The translations under genes were made by a program, and so were the position numbers. Source: a bacterium (GTDB lineage Bacteria; Campylobacterota; Campylobacteria; Campylobacterales; Arcobacteraceae). Taken from it: a DNA stretch of 64,000 nucleotides. The notes under the pieces were generated by a model that saw only the letters and a program-made list of their open reading frames with translations, searched no databases and had not been told where the DNA came from. How positions within the stretch are numbered: position 1 is the first letter of the stretch; the number at the start of each line of letters is the position of its first letter. Positions 48,654 to 58,056 of the stretch are shown in pieces. The DNA lies in NCBI GenBank assembly GCA_018816105.1, contig JAHIWE010000113.1:13340-77339 (forward strand). The letters are read 5' to 3'.

Positions 48654-50837
48654 ATGTTGAAAATCCTTGCCTTACTCTTTTTTTTAAGTTTATATTCCCT
48701 CTTAGCAAAAGAACAAAATTTATCTAAAGTATCTTTACAGTTACACTGGAAATATCAATTTGAATTTGCAGGATTCATAGCAGCAAAAGAAAAAGGTTAT
48801 TATAGAGATGTTGGCTTAGATGTTGAGTTAAAAGAGTATGATTTTGGTCAAAATATTATAAAAGATGTAAGTAGCGGAAAAGTTAATTATGGAATTTATA
48901 ACTCCAATATTTTAGTTGAATATATAAAAGATGAACCTTTAAAACTAATATCTTCTTATTTCAAAAGATCAGCACTTGTATTAATAACAAAACCTGAAAT
49001 AAAATATCCGAAAGATTTAATTAACAAAAAAATCATGGCTGCTGGTATTGAGGATTTTGATTTAAATTTTAACTATCTTTTTTCTTTAGAAAAACTACAA
49101 ATTAAAGATTTAAATTTTGTTCCCCATACTTTTGATGTACAAGATTTTGCAGATAATAAAGTTGATGCAATGACAGCTTTTATTTCAGATCAACCATTTA
49201 AACTAGATAAATTAAATGTGAAATATAATATCATTGATCCTAGTAATTTTGGAGTATTTAACTTACAATTAGAACTTTTCACTTCAAACAATGAAGCCCA
49301 AAATAACACAGCTAGAACTGAAGCTTTTAGAAATGCAAGTTTAAAAGGTTGGGAATATGCTTTGAATAATCCAGCAGAGATTATTGAAATCATTTTAGAA
49401 AAGTACAATACTCAAAATCTAACAAAAGATTTTTTAGAAAATGAAGCTTTACATACAGATCGATTAATACTTCCAAAAATGTATCAAATAGGTTCTATTG
49501 ATAAAATGTTTTTATTTAGACAAATAGATATTTTATATAATCAATCAAAATTTACTTTTGAAAAAAAAGAAGAACTAATTGATAATTTTATTTTCTATAC
49601 ACAAAAAGAGTTAGAAGATAAAAGAGTAGATTTAAATTATACCTTACTTAAAAAATCTATTCCTTTTTTGATAATTATACTTTTAATTATTTTTTATAGA
49701 CAATGGCTTTTAAATAAATATAATAAAAATCTAAAAATTGAAGTTGAAGAAAAAACAGAAGAATATAAAAAGAAAAATGAAGAACTTTTAATCTCAAATC
49801 AAAACTTTAGTGATTTATTAGATACTGCAATTGAGGCAATAGCAATATTTGATGAAAAAAACAACCTAGTAAAATTAAATAACTCTGGTGAAATAATGTT
49901 TAATTACTATTTCAAAGAAAATCTGGATGTTAAAAAAGTTTATGATTTTATCCCTAAAAGCTCAATAGCACAAATTAAAGAAAAACTCAAATATGATATT
50001 ATAGAACCTTTTGAAATAGATTTATTAAGAAGTGATAAAAGCGTATTTCCAGCTTTAATTTCAGGAAAAATCATAAAAAAAGAGAATAGATTTTTCAATA
50101 TTATTACTGTTGTTGATTTAACTCAAATTAAACTAAGAGATGAATTTATTCAACAACAAGCAAAACTTGCCCAAATGGGGGAACTTCTAAGTATGATTGC
50201 CCATCAATGGAGACAACCACTAACAGCAATTAGTGCTGCTAGTGAATCTTTGAAATTAAAAGCTCTTTTAAATGATCTAAATAATGAAACAGTACAAATA
50301 GCAGCTGATGATATCTATAAATATGTGAATCACTTAAGTTGCACCATCAATGATTTTAAAAACTTTTACAAAACTAATAAATCTATTGAAACAACAACTT
50401 TAAATGATTTAGTTAAAAAATCCCTAAACATTATCGAAGATTCTATTTATTTTCATAATATTCAAATTATTAAAAATCTAGATTCTACAAGTGAAATAAA
50501 AACTTATATAAATGAAGTTACACAAGTTATTTTAAGTCTTTTACAAAATGCAGAAGATGCACACTTAGATAAAGAGATTAAAAATGCATATATTAAAATC
50601 AAAACATATGAAAATGACACATCTTTATATCTTGAAATAATTGATAATGCAGGAGGTATTGATGCTGGTATTATTGATAAAATATTTGAGCCCTACTTCT
50701 CAACTAAACTTGAAAAAAATGGAACAGGATTAGGTTTATATTTTGCAAAAAGAATTATTGATAATAATTGTGATGGATTACTAACTGTAGAAAATAATGA
50801 AAATGAAACTATTTTTAGAATCACTTTTTATAAATAA
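48654..50837 (+). CDS. Sensor histidine kinase with NMT1/THI5-like periplasmic binding domain, PAS and HK
   Basis: 'VSLQLHWKYQFEFAGFIAAKEKGYY' (NMT1/THI5-type), TM, PAS, 'IAHQWRQPL', 'GTGLGLY'. Start set at ATG 48654 (MLKILALL). Confidence 0.9.
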   Translation: MLKILALLFFLSLYSLLAKEQNLSKVSLQLHWKYQFEFAGFIAAKEKGYYRDVGLDVELKEYDFGQNIIKDVSSGKVNYGIYNSNILVEYIKDEPLKLISSYFKRSALVLITKPEIKYPKDLINKKIMAAGIEDFDLNFNYLFSLEKLQIKDLNFVPHTFDVQDFADNKVDAMTAFISDQPFKLDKLNVKYNIIDPSNFGVFNLQLELFTSNNEAQNNTARTEAFRNASLKGWEYALNNPAEIIEIILEKYNTQNLTKDFLENEALHTDRLILPKMYQIGSIDKMFLFRQIDILYNQSKFTFEKKEELIDNFIFYTQKELEDKRVDLNYTLLKKSIPFLIIILLIIFYRQWLLNKYNKNLKIEVEEKTEEYKKKNEELLISNQNFSDLLDTAIEAIAIFDEKNNLVKLNNSGEIMFNYYFKENLDVKKVYDFIPKSSIAQIKEKLKYDIIEPFEIDLLRSDKSVFPALISGKIIKKENRFFNIITVVDLTQIKLRDEFIQQQAKLAQMGELLSMIAHQWRQPLTAISAASESLKLKALLNDLNNETVQIAADDIYKYVNHLSCTINDFKNFYKTNKSIETTTLNDLVKKSLNIIEDSIYFHNIQIIKNLDSTSEIKTYINEVTQVILSLLQNAEDAHLDKEIKNAYIKIKTYENDTSLYLEIIDNAGGIDAGIIDKIFEPYFSTKLEKNGTGLGLYFAKRIIDNNCDGLLTVENNENETIFRITFYK

Positions 50838-50852
50838 GAGGTAAAAAAATCT

Positions 50853-51117
50853 AGCTTATTTGATTTCTTTGTTGTGGCTAGTTTATTGTTTCCAACTAGT
50901 TCAGGTTTTAAGATATTAAGACCTTTGATTTAAGTATACCCTTATGTAAGGTACCATTGTTATAATGATAAATCTAGTTGTAGCAATAATTATCAATGCA
51001 CTGGCAATTTTAAATCAAAAAGAAGAAGAGCATATTTTAAAAGAAGCTCATCCAAATGAAATACATATAAATGAAAAGATAAATAAACTATTGTTTTATT
51101 TAATCTATTTTCTTTAA
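50853..51117 (+). pseudogene. Deleted relic of a NavAb-like bacterial voltage-gated sodium channel gene
   Basis: Frame A (50853-50951) reads [31 protein letters not shown]; frame B (50965-51117) reads [42 protein letters not shown]. These match, from memory of NavAb, [33 protein letters not shown] and [42 protein letters not shown]. Confidence 0.85.
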
Positions 51118-51151
51118 TGGACAAGTTTTTTTATTTTGGATAAAATCTCTT

Positions 51152-51760
51152 ATGAAAAAAATTATCCTAATCTTATTTTTAATTAATCTACAAATTTTAA
51201 ATGCAAGTACAAATACTAACACTATTCTTTTCTTAGGAGATTCCCTAACAGAAGGACTAGGTGTTAGTAAAGAAGAAGCATTCCCTAATCTAGTACAATC
51301 TTATATTCAAAATGAACTCAAAAAAGATATTACAGTTATAAATGGTGGCGTTAGTGGCTCAACTACAAGTGATGCTCTAGCTAGACTTAAATGGTATATG
51401 AAGAAAAAACCATATATAGTTTTTGTAGCTCTAGGTGCTAATGATGGATTAAGAGGTCTTAATCTTGAAGAGAGTCAAAAAAACTTAGAAGAGATTATCA
51501 AATATGCTCAAGAATCCAATGCAAAAGTTTTATTAGCAGGAATGCTAATACCACCAAACTATGGACCTGAATACTCAAATCGTTTCAAAGAGATGTATGA
51601 GCAAATAAAAAACAAATATAATCTAAAAAGTATGCCTTTTTTACTAGATGGAGTTGCTGGCGAAAAAGAACTCAATCAAAATGATGGAATTCATCCAAAT
51701 GTTGAAGGTCATAAATATATTGCAAAAAAAGTTTTTGAATTTATAAAGGAAGATTTATAA
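51152..51760 (+). CDS. tesA: Periplasmic SGNH/GDSL arylesterase (TesA-like)
   Basis: Signal peptide; blocks 'GDSLT', 'NGGVSG', 'LGAND', 'DGIHP'. Confidence 0.88.
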   Translation: MKKIILILFLINLQILNASTNTNTILFLGDSLTEGLGVSKEEAFPNLVQSYIQNELKKDITVINGGVSGSTTSDALARLKWYMKKKPYIVFVALGANDGLRGLNLEESQKNLEEIIKYAQESNAKVLLAGMLIPPNYGPEYSNRFKEMYEQIKNKYNLKSMPFLLDGVAGEKELNQNDGIHPNVEGHKYIAKKVFEFIKEDL

Positions 51761-52422
51761 TGTTACAATTAAAATCACTAAAAAAAGCCTATTTACAAGG
51801 TTCACAAAAAATTGAAATATTTGAAGATTTGAATTTTCATATAGAAAAAGGCCAAACAGTTGCAATAATGGGAAAATCAGGAAGCGGTAAATCTACCCTA
51901 CTTTCACTAATTTCAGGAATTATAAAACCAGATTTGGGTGATATATCTTTAGATTCAATTTTTTACAAAGATTTAAAAGAGAGTGAATTAAATGATTTTA
52001 GAGCTACAAACATAGGCTTTATTTTTCAAAATTTTCATTTGGTTTCTTATTTAAATGCCCTTGAAAATGTAATGCTTCCTGCAAAAGTTTGTAATATTTC
52101 AAATCCTAAAGAAAAAGCCATAGAGCTTCTAAAAAGTGTAGGTTTATCACATAGATTAGATCATCTTCCATCACAATTAAGTGGTGGTGAAAAACAGCGT
52201 GTTGCAATAGCAAGAGCACTAATTCATAATCCTAAAATAATATTAGCTGATGAACCAAGTGGAAATTTAGATGAAGAAACAGGCATAGCAGTTATGGATA
52301 TACTTTTTGAGCTAATAAAAGCAAATAACACTACTTTGATACTTGTAACTCACTCAAAAGACGTTGCTATGCGTTGCGAAAAAACCTATGAACTAATCTT
52401 AGGAAAATTAACTCAATGTTAG
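51760..52422 (+). CDS. ABC transporter ATP-binding protein (YbbA-like)
   Basis: 'GKSGSGKST', 'LSGGEKQRVAIAR', 'ADEPSGNLD'; tesA-ybbA-ybbP arrangement. Confidence 0.9.
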   Translation: MLQLKSLKKAYLQGSQKIEIFEDLNFHIEKGQTVAIMGKSGSGKSTLLSLISGIIKPDLGDISLDSIFYKDLKESELNDFRATNIGFIFQNFHLVSYLNALENVMLPAKVCNISNPKEKAIELLKSVGLSHRLDHLPSQLSGGEKQRVAIARALIHNPKIILADEPSGNLDEETGIAVMDILFELIKANNTTLILVTHSKDVAMRCEKTYELILGKLTQC

Positions 52423-54920
52423 TTTTAGAACTTGTTTACAAGGCATTAGCTCGATCAAAATCTTTTAGTTTAATATTCATACTAAATTTTTGTTTAGCAA
52501 TTGCCTCACTTTCTTATTTACAATTTTTTAAAGGTAGTATGGAAAGCTCCCTTGATTCAAAAGCAAAGATTCTTCTTGGCTCTGACTTAAGTATAAGCTC
52601 TAGATTTCCCATAAATCAAGAGCAAATTGAAGAGATTAAAAATAAACTTCCTAAAATAAAAGATTTTTCCCAAGGTGTTTCAACTATTAGTATGATAGCT
52701 AGCCAAAAAAGAGCAAGACTAATGGAAGTAGTTAAAATAAATAAAGGATATCCTTATTATGGTGGATTAATTTTTAATGACAAAACAATCTATCCAAAAG
52801 GTGAAGCCTTACCTTTAGCAAATGAAGTTTGGGTTTATAAAGAAGTTTTAGATTTGCTTGATTTGAAAATAGAAAGCCAAATAAAAATTGGGAAAGCAAA
52901 CTTTATTATTAAAAAAATAATTGAAGATGACACACTAAAAACTATTAGTTTCAGCGGTTTCATGCCTAAAATTTATATAAGTGAAGAGGGTTTAACAAAG
53001 ACCGAATTATTGCAGTTTGGATCAACTGCTTCTTATAAATTAAACTATCTCTTTGAAGAAAATCTAGACAATGATAAATTAGAAAAAATTGAAAATGACT
53101 TAGAAAAAAGTATCGATCAAGATATGAGAGTTCTTTCTCCAAATGATGGAAGAGATAGATTACTAAGGGTTTTAAACTTTGTTACAAACTTCTTATCTTT
53201 AGTTTCACTTATTTCATTTTTCTTAGGTTTAGTAGGACTCATTTATTTATATTCAGGATTTTTACTAAAACATCAAAAAGATATCACAGTTTTAAGTGAC
53301 CTTGGTTTGAGTAAAAAAACTTTAGGAATTACATATATTTTACACCTATTTGTACTTATTTCTATTTCAACTATTATTGTTTTTTCACTTATGACAATAT
53401 CAGCACAATTTATAACACCAATAATTGAAAAGCTTATTGATTTTAATTTTGATTTAGCTTTAGATTATAGTTTTTTCTTTAAATCAGCACTTGTATTATT
53501 GCTTCTGAGTTTAAGTATTGGAATTCCTTTGATATTGCCTTTACTTCAAAGAGAAAAACGACCATTTTATAAGGTGATTTTAGGATTTATTCCTTTTATT
53601 GTTCTTTTGTTACTTATATCTCATTTTGTTACACCAAATAAAAATGTAGGGCTTTTCTTTGCAAGTGCTGTGTTGATATTAATCATTTTATTTTTTACAA
53701 TAGGTTCTATAATTTTAAAGAAACTTGATTTTGCAGGACATTTAGAAAATCTATCTTTATCTTTGGCTTTTAAAAATATAATTAGACAAAAGAAAACCTC
53801 TCTTACTTTATTTACAGCCATTGTTTTATGTACGACTTTCTTTAGTCTTATTCCACAAGTTGGCTCATCACTAGGGGCTTCATTAACTCAAAGTATTGAA
53901 AATAGACCAAGATTTTTTGTAGTTGATGCTAAAGAAGAACAACTAAAAGATATACAAACTCAAGTTAATAGTATGGGTGCACAATTAGAAAATATAGCTC
54001 CAATGATTCGAGGACGAATAATAAAAGTAAATGATATTGATTTTACAACACACTCAATAAAAAATGCAGATGAAGAGCTAAAAGCTGAAAAAAATGAACT
54101 AAAAAACAGAGCAGTTAATCTCTCATATAGAAGTAAATTAAAGCAAAGTGAAGAGATAATCCAAGGACGAGAGTTCAGCGGTGTGTATGACTCAAAAGAC
54201 TTTTCAAAGCCTATTGAAGTTAGTGTTGAAAAAAGATTTGCTAGCCAAAGAGGAATAAAACTAAATGATACCCTTGTATTTGATATTTTAGGTTTAGAAC
54301 TAAAAGCAATTGTTGTAAATATAAGAGCAGTAAAATGGACTGAGTTTGTACCAAATTTCTTTTTAATCTTACAAGAAGGCGCTTTAAATGATGCACCAAA
54401 AACTATTTTAGCAACCATTTCTTCAGGAAATTATGATGCAACTTCAATGCTTATAAAATTATCAGAACTTTTTCCTACATTAACAGTAATTGATGTTAAA
54501 AATCTATTTGAATCTTTTGCTAAATTAGTAGAAAGTGTAACTAATATAACTGATAAAATGAGCATCTACTCGATAGTTATTGGACTTTTGATGAGTTTTA
54601 TTATTATTCAATATCAAATGAACTTACAAAAAAACAACATCCTAAGATTGAAAATGATTGGTATAAAAAATAAAACAATCAGAAACTCTTTTTTAATAGA
54701 GTTTGGATTAATATCATTTACAGCAAGTAGTTTTGGAATAGCTTTTGGAAGTATTGGTTCATATATTATAAGTGGCATACTTTTTGATTCGTATTGGGAT
54801 TTTAGACCTGATGTTCTTTTAGCTTATCTTTTTTTTATACCAATATTAACTATCTTGATTGTGAGTTTATTTACTTCTAAAATGATTCACCAAAAAGAGA
54901 ATGTTCTTTTTGGTGAGTAG
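52416..54920 (+). CDS. ABC transporter permease (YbbP/FtsX-like)
   Basis: Two periplasmic plus TM-cluster halves, 'YPYYG', 'GRII', 'VKWTEFVPNFF'. Confidence 0.88.
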   Translation: MLVLELVYKALARSKSFSLIFILNFCLAIASLSYLQFFKGSMESSLDSKAKILLGSDLSISSRFPINQEQIEEIKNKLPKIKDFSQGVSTISMIASQKRARLMEVVKINKGYPYYGGLIFNDKTIYPKGEALPLANEVWVYKEVLDLLDLKIESQIKIGKANFIIKKIIEDDTLKTISFSGFMPKIYISEEGLTKTELLQFGSTASYKLNYLFEENLDNDKLEKIENDLEKSIDQDMRVLSPNDGRDRLLRVLNFVTNFLSLVSLISFFLGLVGLIYLYSGFLLKHQKDITVLSDLGLSKKTLGITYILHLFVLISISTIIVFSLMTISAQFITPIIEKLIDFNFDLALDYSFFFKSALVLLLLSLSIGIPLILPLLQREKRPFYKVILGFIPFIVLLLLISHFVTPNKNVGLFFASAVLILIILFFTIGSIILKKLDFAGHLENLSLSLAFKNIIRQKKTSLTLFTAIVLCTTFFSLIPQVGSSLGASLTQSIENRPRFFVVDAKEEQLKDIQTQVNSMGAQLENIAPMIRGRIIKVNDIDFTTHSIKNADEELKAEKNELKNRAVNLSYRSKLKQSEEIIQGREFSGVYDSKDFSKPIEVSVEKRFASQRGIKLNDTLVFDILGLELKAIVVNIRAVKWTEFVPNFFLILQEGALNDAPKTILATISSGNYDATSMLIKLSELFPTLTVIDVKNLFESFAKLVESVTNITDKMSIYSIVIGLLMSFIIIQYQMNLQKNNILRLKMIGIKNKTIRNSFLIEFGLISFTASSFGIAFGSIGSYIISGILFDSYWDFRPDVLLAYLFFIPILTILIVSLFTSKMIHQKENVLFGE

Positions 54921-54944
54921 GATAAATAAACTATTGCAAAGAAA

Positions 54945-54962
54945 AATAGTCTTTTGACTATT
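54945..54962. terminator. Hairpin between convergent genes
   Basis: aatagtc-tttt-gactatt. Confidence 0.5.
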
Positions 54963-56049
54963 AATTCTTTGAATCCAAAATAAATTCTTTGTTTTTATAT
55001 ATAGAATGAATAAAAGCCAATATTATTGGAACTAATGCAAAGGTAGTAATTAGCATCGCAGGTAAATGATAAAATATTTGGATTAACATTGAAAATGATA
55101 AAAGTCCAATAGACCACATAGCACCATGTTCAAGGTATATATATTTTGAAATCACTTCTCTTTCAACCATAAAAATAGTAAGTGATCTAACAGCCATTGC
55201 TCCAATTCCAAGTCCAAGCATAATGATAACTATATTTTGAGTAACAGCAAATGCACCCAAAACCCCATCTAAAGAGAAAGACATATCAATCATTTCAAGA
55301 TATAAAAATGACACAAATCCACCACTTAATTGAGTTATTTTTGTATCTGTTTGTTCACTATCTGCTTCACTTATAATGCTTTTAGTTTCAATAAAACCTT
55401 TAAAAAATTCAATTAAATAAAATGCAATTACACCAATCAACATAGGTGCTAATATTTCTATTTTATTGATTTTTACCATTTCATCTCCCATAACAACGTA
55501 ATCTGGAGCTAAATATGTGATTCCTATCATAGAAGAAAGAATAAATAAAATCTTTATATCGCCTATTTTAGATAATTTAACAGCAAAATCTTCTATCATT
55601 CTAATCCAATGTAAATCTTTGTTTTCATCAAAAATAAACTTTAAAAATAGCATAAGTAAAAACATTCCACCAAAAGACATAATTATATGATGTGAGCCTT
55701 CAATTACTCTTTCATATTCATCTGGATTTGTAATAGCTAAATTGAAAGAGTCAATAAAGCCCATTGATGTTGAAAAATACACAATTAATATAGGAAAAAT
55801 AAATCTCACTCCAAATACCGCTATCATCATTCCCCAAAGTAGAAATCTTTTTCTCCATACAATTCCCATTGTTGCCAGTATTGTTGCATTTACAATAGCA
55901 TTGTCAAATGATAATGATAGTTCTAAAACAGAAAGAATTGTTCCTTGATAAACAGCAAAGAAACCACCATAGAGGAATAACAAAATAGTTGCAACAAACC
56001 AAACACCAAAAAAGCCATAAAAATACGTAATAATTGACTTTTGTTTCAA
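54961..56049 (-). CDS. DUF475 family (TerC-like) membrane protein
   Basis: 'LELSLSFDNAIVNA', 'WGMMIAVFGVRF', 'YLEMIDMSFSLDGVLGAFA', 'YLEHGAMWSI'. Start moved to TTG 56049 behind an AAGGG SD. Confidence 0.85.
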   Translation of the reverse strand: MKQKSIITYFYGFFGVWFVATILLFLYGGFFAVYQGTILSVLELSLSFDNAIVNATILATMGIVWRKRFLLWGMMIAVFGVRFIFPILIVYFSTSMGFIDSFNLAITNPDEYERVIEGSHHIIMSFGGMFLLMLFLKFIFDENKDLHWIRMIEDFAVKLSKIGDIKILFILSSMIGITYLAPDYVVMGDEMVKINKIEILAPMLIGVIAFYLIEFFKGFIETKSIISEADSEQTDTKITQLSGGFVSFLYLEMIDMSFSLDGVLGAFAVTQNIVIIMLGLGIGAMAVRSLTIFMVEREVISKYIYLEHGAMWSIGLLSFSMLIQIFYHLPAMLITTFALVPIILAFIHSIYKNKEFILDSKN

Positions 56050-56118
56050 ATTAAACCCTTTTAATAAATTTTCGCGATTATATCTAAACAACTGAACATT
56101 TGGCATTTTTTGATTTAA

Positions 56119-57003
56119 TTAAAACTCAAATACATCTATATAAATATCTAATTTATGTTGGTAAAAAGTTTTTTGAATTTTATTTTTTAATTCTTTTATA
56201 TCTTGTTCTATTTCATGACCTGTCTTATCATCTTTAACATTCATAGAGATAATTAATAAAACTTCATCTGAACCTATAAACATACTTCTAATTGAGTTGA
56301 TATGTACTAATACATTAGACTCTTCTTTTACTAAATTTCTAATTTTTTTTATAGTTTCTCTATCTAAACTTTCACCAATAATTAATTTTTTTAATTCTAC
56401 AAATAAAACTGTAGATAAAGAAAGAAGTAATAATCCTATCATTAAAGCTGCAATTCCATCAAAAATAGGATGTACAAATATAGATACTAGACCAATTGCT
56501 AGAATAAATAGACCTACTAATGCACCTGAGTCTTCTATTAGAACTACTAAAATATGAGAAGAAGAACTCTTTTCAATAGTTTTAAATATATCTTTTAATT
56601 TAGAGTTACTCTCTTTTAAAGCAACACGCAAGGCTCCACCTTCTAAAATAATTGCAAAAACTATAATTCCTACAATAAGCCAAGGATACTGAACTTCTTG
56701 AGGATTCATTATTTTATGAATTCCTTCATTAATAGAAAATAATCCTCCTAATAAAAATAACACAACGGCAACAACAAAAGACCAAAAAAAGTTTGCTTTT
56801 CCTTGTCCAAATGCATGAGCTTCAGATTTTCCTCTTTTTGATTGATGTTGACCTATTAAAACTAAAACTTGATTTCCACAATCTGCTGTACTATGAATTG
56901 CTTCTGCCATCATAGATGCAGATCCTGTAAAAAAGGCTGCAATACCTTTTGCTATAGCGATAAGACCATTTGCAACTAATGCAGCTTTAACGCTTTTTGA
57001 CAT
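56119..57003 (-). CDS. Cation diffusion facilitator (CDF) family transporter
   Basis: 'SASMMAEAIHSTADCGNQ', 'HAFGQGK', 'EGIHK', 'EDSGAL', 'FDG', cytoplasmic dimerisation domain. Confidence 0.92.
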   Translation of the reverse strand: MSKSVKAALVANGLIAIAKGIAAFFTGSASMMAEAIHSTADCGNQVLVLIGQHQSKRGKSEAHAFGQGKANFFWSFVVAVVLFLLGGLFSINEGIHKIMNPQEVQYPWLIVGIIVFAIILEGGALRVALKESNSKLKDIFKTIEKSSSSHILVVLIEDSGALVGLFILAIGLVSIFVHPIFDGIAALMIGLLLLSLSTVLFVELKKLIIGESLDRETIKKIRNLVKEESNVLVHINSIRSMFIGSDEVLLIISMNVKDDKTGHEIEQDIKELKNKIQKTFYQHKLDIYIDVFEF

Positions 57004-57024
57004 TTATTACCTTTAATTAAATTA

Positions 57025-57246
57025 TTAACTGATTTTTTCATTTGATATTTTAACTTCATTATTAATAGGATTTTGAATATTCTCAGATTTAGCTGTTTCT
57101 TCTTCAGCACCCTCGTTTAAAGCCTTTTTAAAATTCTTAATACCACTTCCTAATTCCTTTGCAAGTTCAGGGATTTTTTTACCAAAAAGTAAAAGTATTA
57201 CTATAAAAATCACTGCTAATTCCATACCACTTGGTGCACTAAACAT
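57025..57246 (-). CDS. tatA: TatA/TatE-family twin-arginine translocase subunit
   Basis: MFSAPSGMELAVIFIVILLLFGKKIPELAKELGSGIKNFKKAL; AGGAG SD before ATG 57246. Confidence 0.85.
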   Translation of the reverse strand: MFSAPSGMELAVIFIVILLLFGKKIPELAKELGSGIKNFKKALNEGAEEETAKSENIQNPINNEVKISNEKIS

Positions 57247-57415
57247 TTCTATACTCCTATTGAGTTTTTGAAAGTATAACTTTTTTCTTGAACAATTGAT
57301 CAATTGTGTCAATAAATAGCTTTTTTTATTTTTTTAAAGTATTTTTTAACAAAATATTTAATAGCATGCCACTTAATATACTACCTAAGAAGTATTAATT
57401 TATACAGTGGAAATA

Positions 57416-57780
57416 ATGAGCTCATATAAAAATTCTTCAGCTATAATTTTTTTAATTATAACGCTCTTCTCAATACACTGGGTCACAACTAAAGATACAA
57501 ATAAAAAATTTGTATTTAAAGAAATATCAAACAATAAACAAACTTATTATTCAAAAAATACAAAAATTGATTTATTATTCGAACAAATCAATAATTCCAC
57601 CACTGTTAAAATAAAAAAAGAAAATTTATTATTACAGATGTTATAAACTCAAAAAATTATTTATTAATACAAAATAATATATTTAAAGAAAAAGTTACAT
57701 CTAGTTTGTACTTTTTATTTAATACTCATTTATCAAGCTCTTTAAATACAAGAGCTCCTCCTTCATCTTTATCCATATAA
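57416..57780 (+). other. Leader-like ORF split by one frameshift; N-terminal hydrophobic segment and C-terminal RAPP motif
   Basis: Frame 1 (57416-57646) ends ...VKIKKENLLLQML*. The -1 frame is open from 57610 to 57780 and ends ...SLNTRAPPSSLSI*. The frames overlap at an A7 run (57613-57619). Confidence 0.5.
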
Positions 57781-57897
57781 CTTTTATTTATTAAAAATAC
57801 TTCAATACTAGAAATAGCTAAAATTAAATCTATATATTTTTAAAATATTATTTAAATTTAATAGCTATTTAAAATAACAAATTAACAAAGGTTTATA

Positions 57898-58056
57898 ATG
57901 CCCTTTTCAAACTCGATAATATTAGGATTCATAGAATTCTTAGCAATATCTTTAAGCGGATATTTTGTACTTATAAATAAGTTTTTAAGACTTGAACAAA
58001 CAAACTTAAATAAAAGAATTTCAATGTTTTATTATAAAAATATAAATTCAAAATGA
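57898..58056 (+). CDS. Small single-TM membrane protein (52 aa), missed by the ORF track
   Basis: MPFSNSIILGFIEFLAISLSGYFVLINKFLRLEQTNLNKRISMFYYKNINSK*; AAAGG SD; the stop overlaps the next ATG (ATGA). Confidence 0.55.
   Translation: MPFSNSIILGFIEFLAISLSGYFVLINKFLRLEQTNLNKRISMFYYKNINSK

Noticed and set aside
50838-51151. Riboswitch or sRNA in the gap before tesA
   Set aside because: No conserved riboswitch core found; the sequence is better explained as the NavAb coding relic.
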